64,000 nt of DNA, taken from the NCBI GenBank assembly GCA_964106645.2, contig OZ067039.1; one strand, written 5' to 3'. The position numbers and the translations under genes were made by a program. Position 1 is the stretch's first letter. Each line of letters begins with the position of its first letter. The notes below the pieces were generated by a model, which ran no database searches, had not been told where the DNA came from, and saw only the letters and a program-made list of their open reading frames with translations. Of this stretch, positions 62,717 to 64,000 are shown in pieces. This DNA comes from Podarcis pityusensis. Lineage: Eukaryota.

Positions 62717-64000
62717 TATGCCTGAAGCTGGACTGCCACCACCTTCCTGACCACCTTGCCCCAAAAGGAAATATTCACCATTGGGCAATAGATTAACACT
62801 TCTGGAACCAAGTAGGTTTTCTTGAGGAGATGCATCACTGCCTCCTCTATGACAGGGGGTACTCCTCACTCTCTATTGAAGAATTAATCACTTCCTGAAC
62901 CCACCTAATCAACTCCCTGCAGCTAGCTCTAAGAAGCCAGAATCATCAGCAAGGGACAATGAGACCTGTGGTCAGCTACACTTCTCTAAGCAGCTTGCCC
63001 ACACCCTTAGGTTGCAATAATCTAAACTGATCCAGTGCTCCAGATGCCTTAGTTGGACTTAGTGTACCCATGAGGATACTGCCTACCAGCCTATTCACAA
63101 AAAGTTACAAGTAGAGAGTCATTAGTGCACATAAAGGAGCTTAAAAGCAAATGTCTTCATTATATAACACACACACGCACACCAGGAAAAACTAAAAGTT
63201 TGTTTAGGGGGTGGTATGGGCATTGGCACAACATTTAGAAAGAGGGGAGGAATGAAGGACAAAAAATTGGCAAGTAAAAGTATAATTGCTTGATATGTTG
63301 TACAAATGTTAATGCTGCAATCCTATGCTTGCTTCTTTGGATTACAGCCACTGAATATAATGTAAACATGCATAAGATTTGGGGGTGCATGGATTTTACA
63401 AAATCTCAGGAAACAGCATTTACAATGGCAAGGTATATTTCACCAAAATTTTAAAAACAACCAGAAACTATCAGGTATACACAACCCCCACAAAAAGACA
63501 TGTCATGACATCCTTGGCACCCATTTGATGCCTATAATTAATGTATAACGACTCTATTGCTGTTTTTTGTTTAATTGAAAAGCATAGGTTTAATGCAATT
63601 TATGAACGTTATCCTCTAGCTGTAAGGATTTCTACATTTAGGAAACAACCAGTCTATAATAACATAGCAGGATGGGACAGCATTCCTTACTTGTGTAACC
63701 ACAGAAGTGTGAGTTGAAGACTTGCGTGTTTATGCAGAGATTGCTGGTGGGGGAGGTGAGTGCAGCAAACAAAAACAACCCCTAATTGGTTTTGAGGATC
63801 TAGAGAGCAGTGGAAAGAAAGTAGAATGGGAACACATGGAATTAAATGGAAGGTGCCCGAGTATGTCTTTTTGTGTTATCTTTGGAACACATTAACACAA
63901 TGACACAGCCGCTTTCTCAAATTACTTGACAAGGCTTTAGAACTTCTAAAATCACCCTTCAAGAATTCCAGTAAGAATGGTGCAGTCCCTTTTATATTCA

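Noticed and set aside
1-64000. CRISPR arrays, operons, prokaryotic defence systems, snoRNAs, U12 introns
   Set aside because: The sequence is an intron-rich vertebrate locus; no repeat-spacer arrays, no convincing C/D or H/ACA snoRNA, and all identified introns have U2-type GT-AG ends

Overview
Eukaryotic (vertebrate) genomic DNA, almost certainly a squamate and probably a lacertid lizard, judging by its repeats (Sauria/POM-type SINEs, Squam3-like SINEs, BovB, CR1, L1, Penelope fragment, hAT and Tc1/mariner MITEs). It holds two divergently transcribed COPII genes. SAR1B is on the minus strand: putative non-coding exon 1 in a CpG island at ~23.8-24.0 kb and coding exons 2-6 at 10658-1413; the last exon lies left of the window. 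SEC24A is complete on the plus strand: 23 coding exons from 29476 to 59348, 3291 nt, 1096 aa, all GT-AG introns, with a ~3 kb 3' UTR. Nearly all ORF-track entries are spurious or exon fragments. I cannot support a wholly new biological system. The best leads are: a perfect spacer-less 70-bp palindrome in SEC24A intron 1; a minimal hammerhead-ribozyme motif in a Penelope fragment between the two promoters; unusual substitutions around SAR1B switch I; and an internally deleted L1 with an 18-bp TSD that joins ORF1-like and ORF2-like sequence in one open frame. Comparisons with human/yeast proteins and repeat families are from memory, not database searches.
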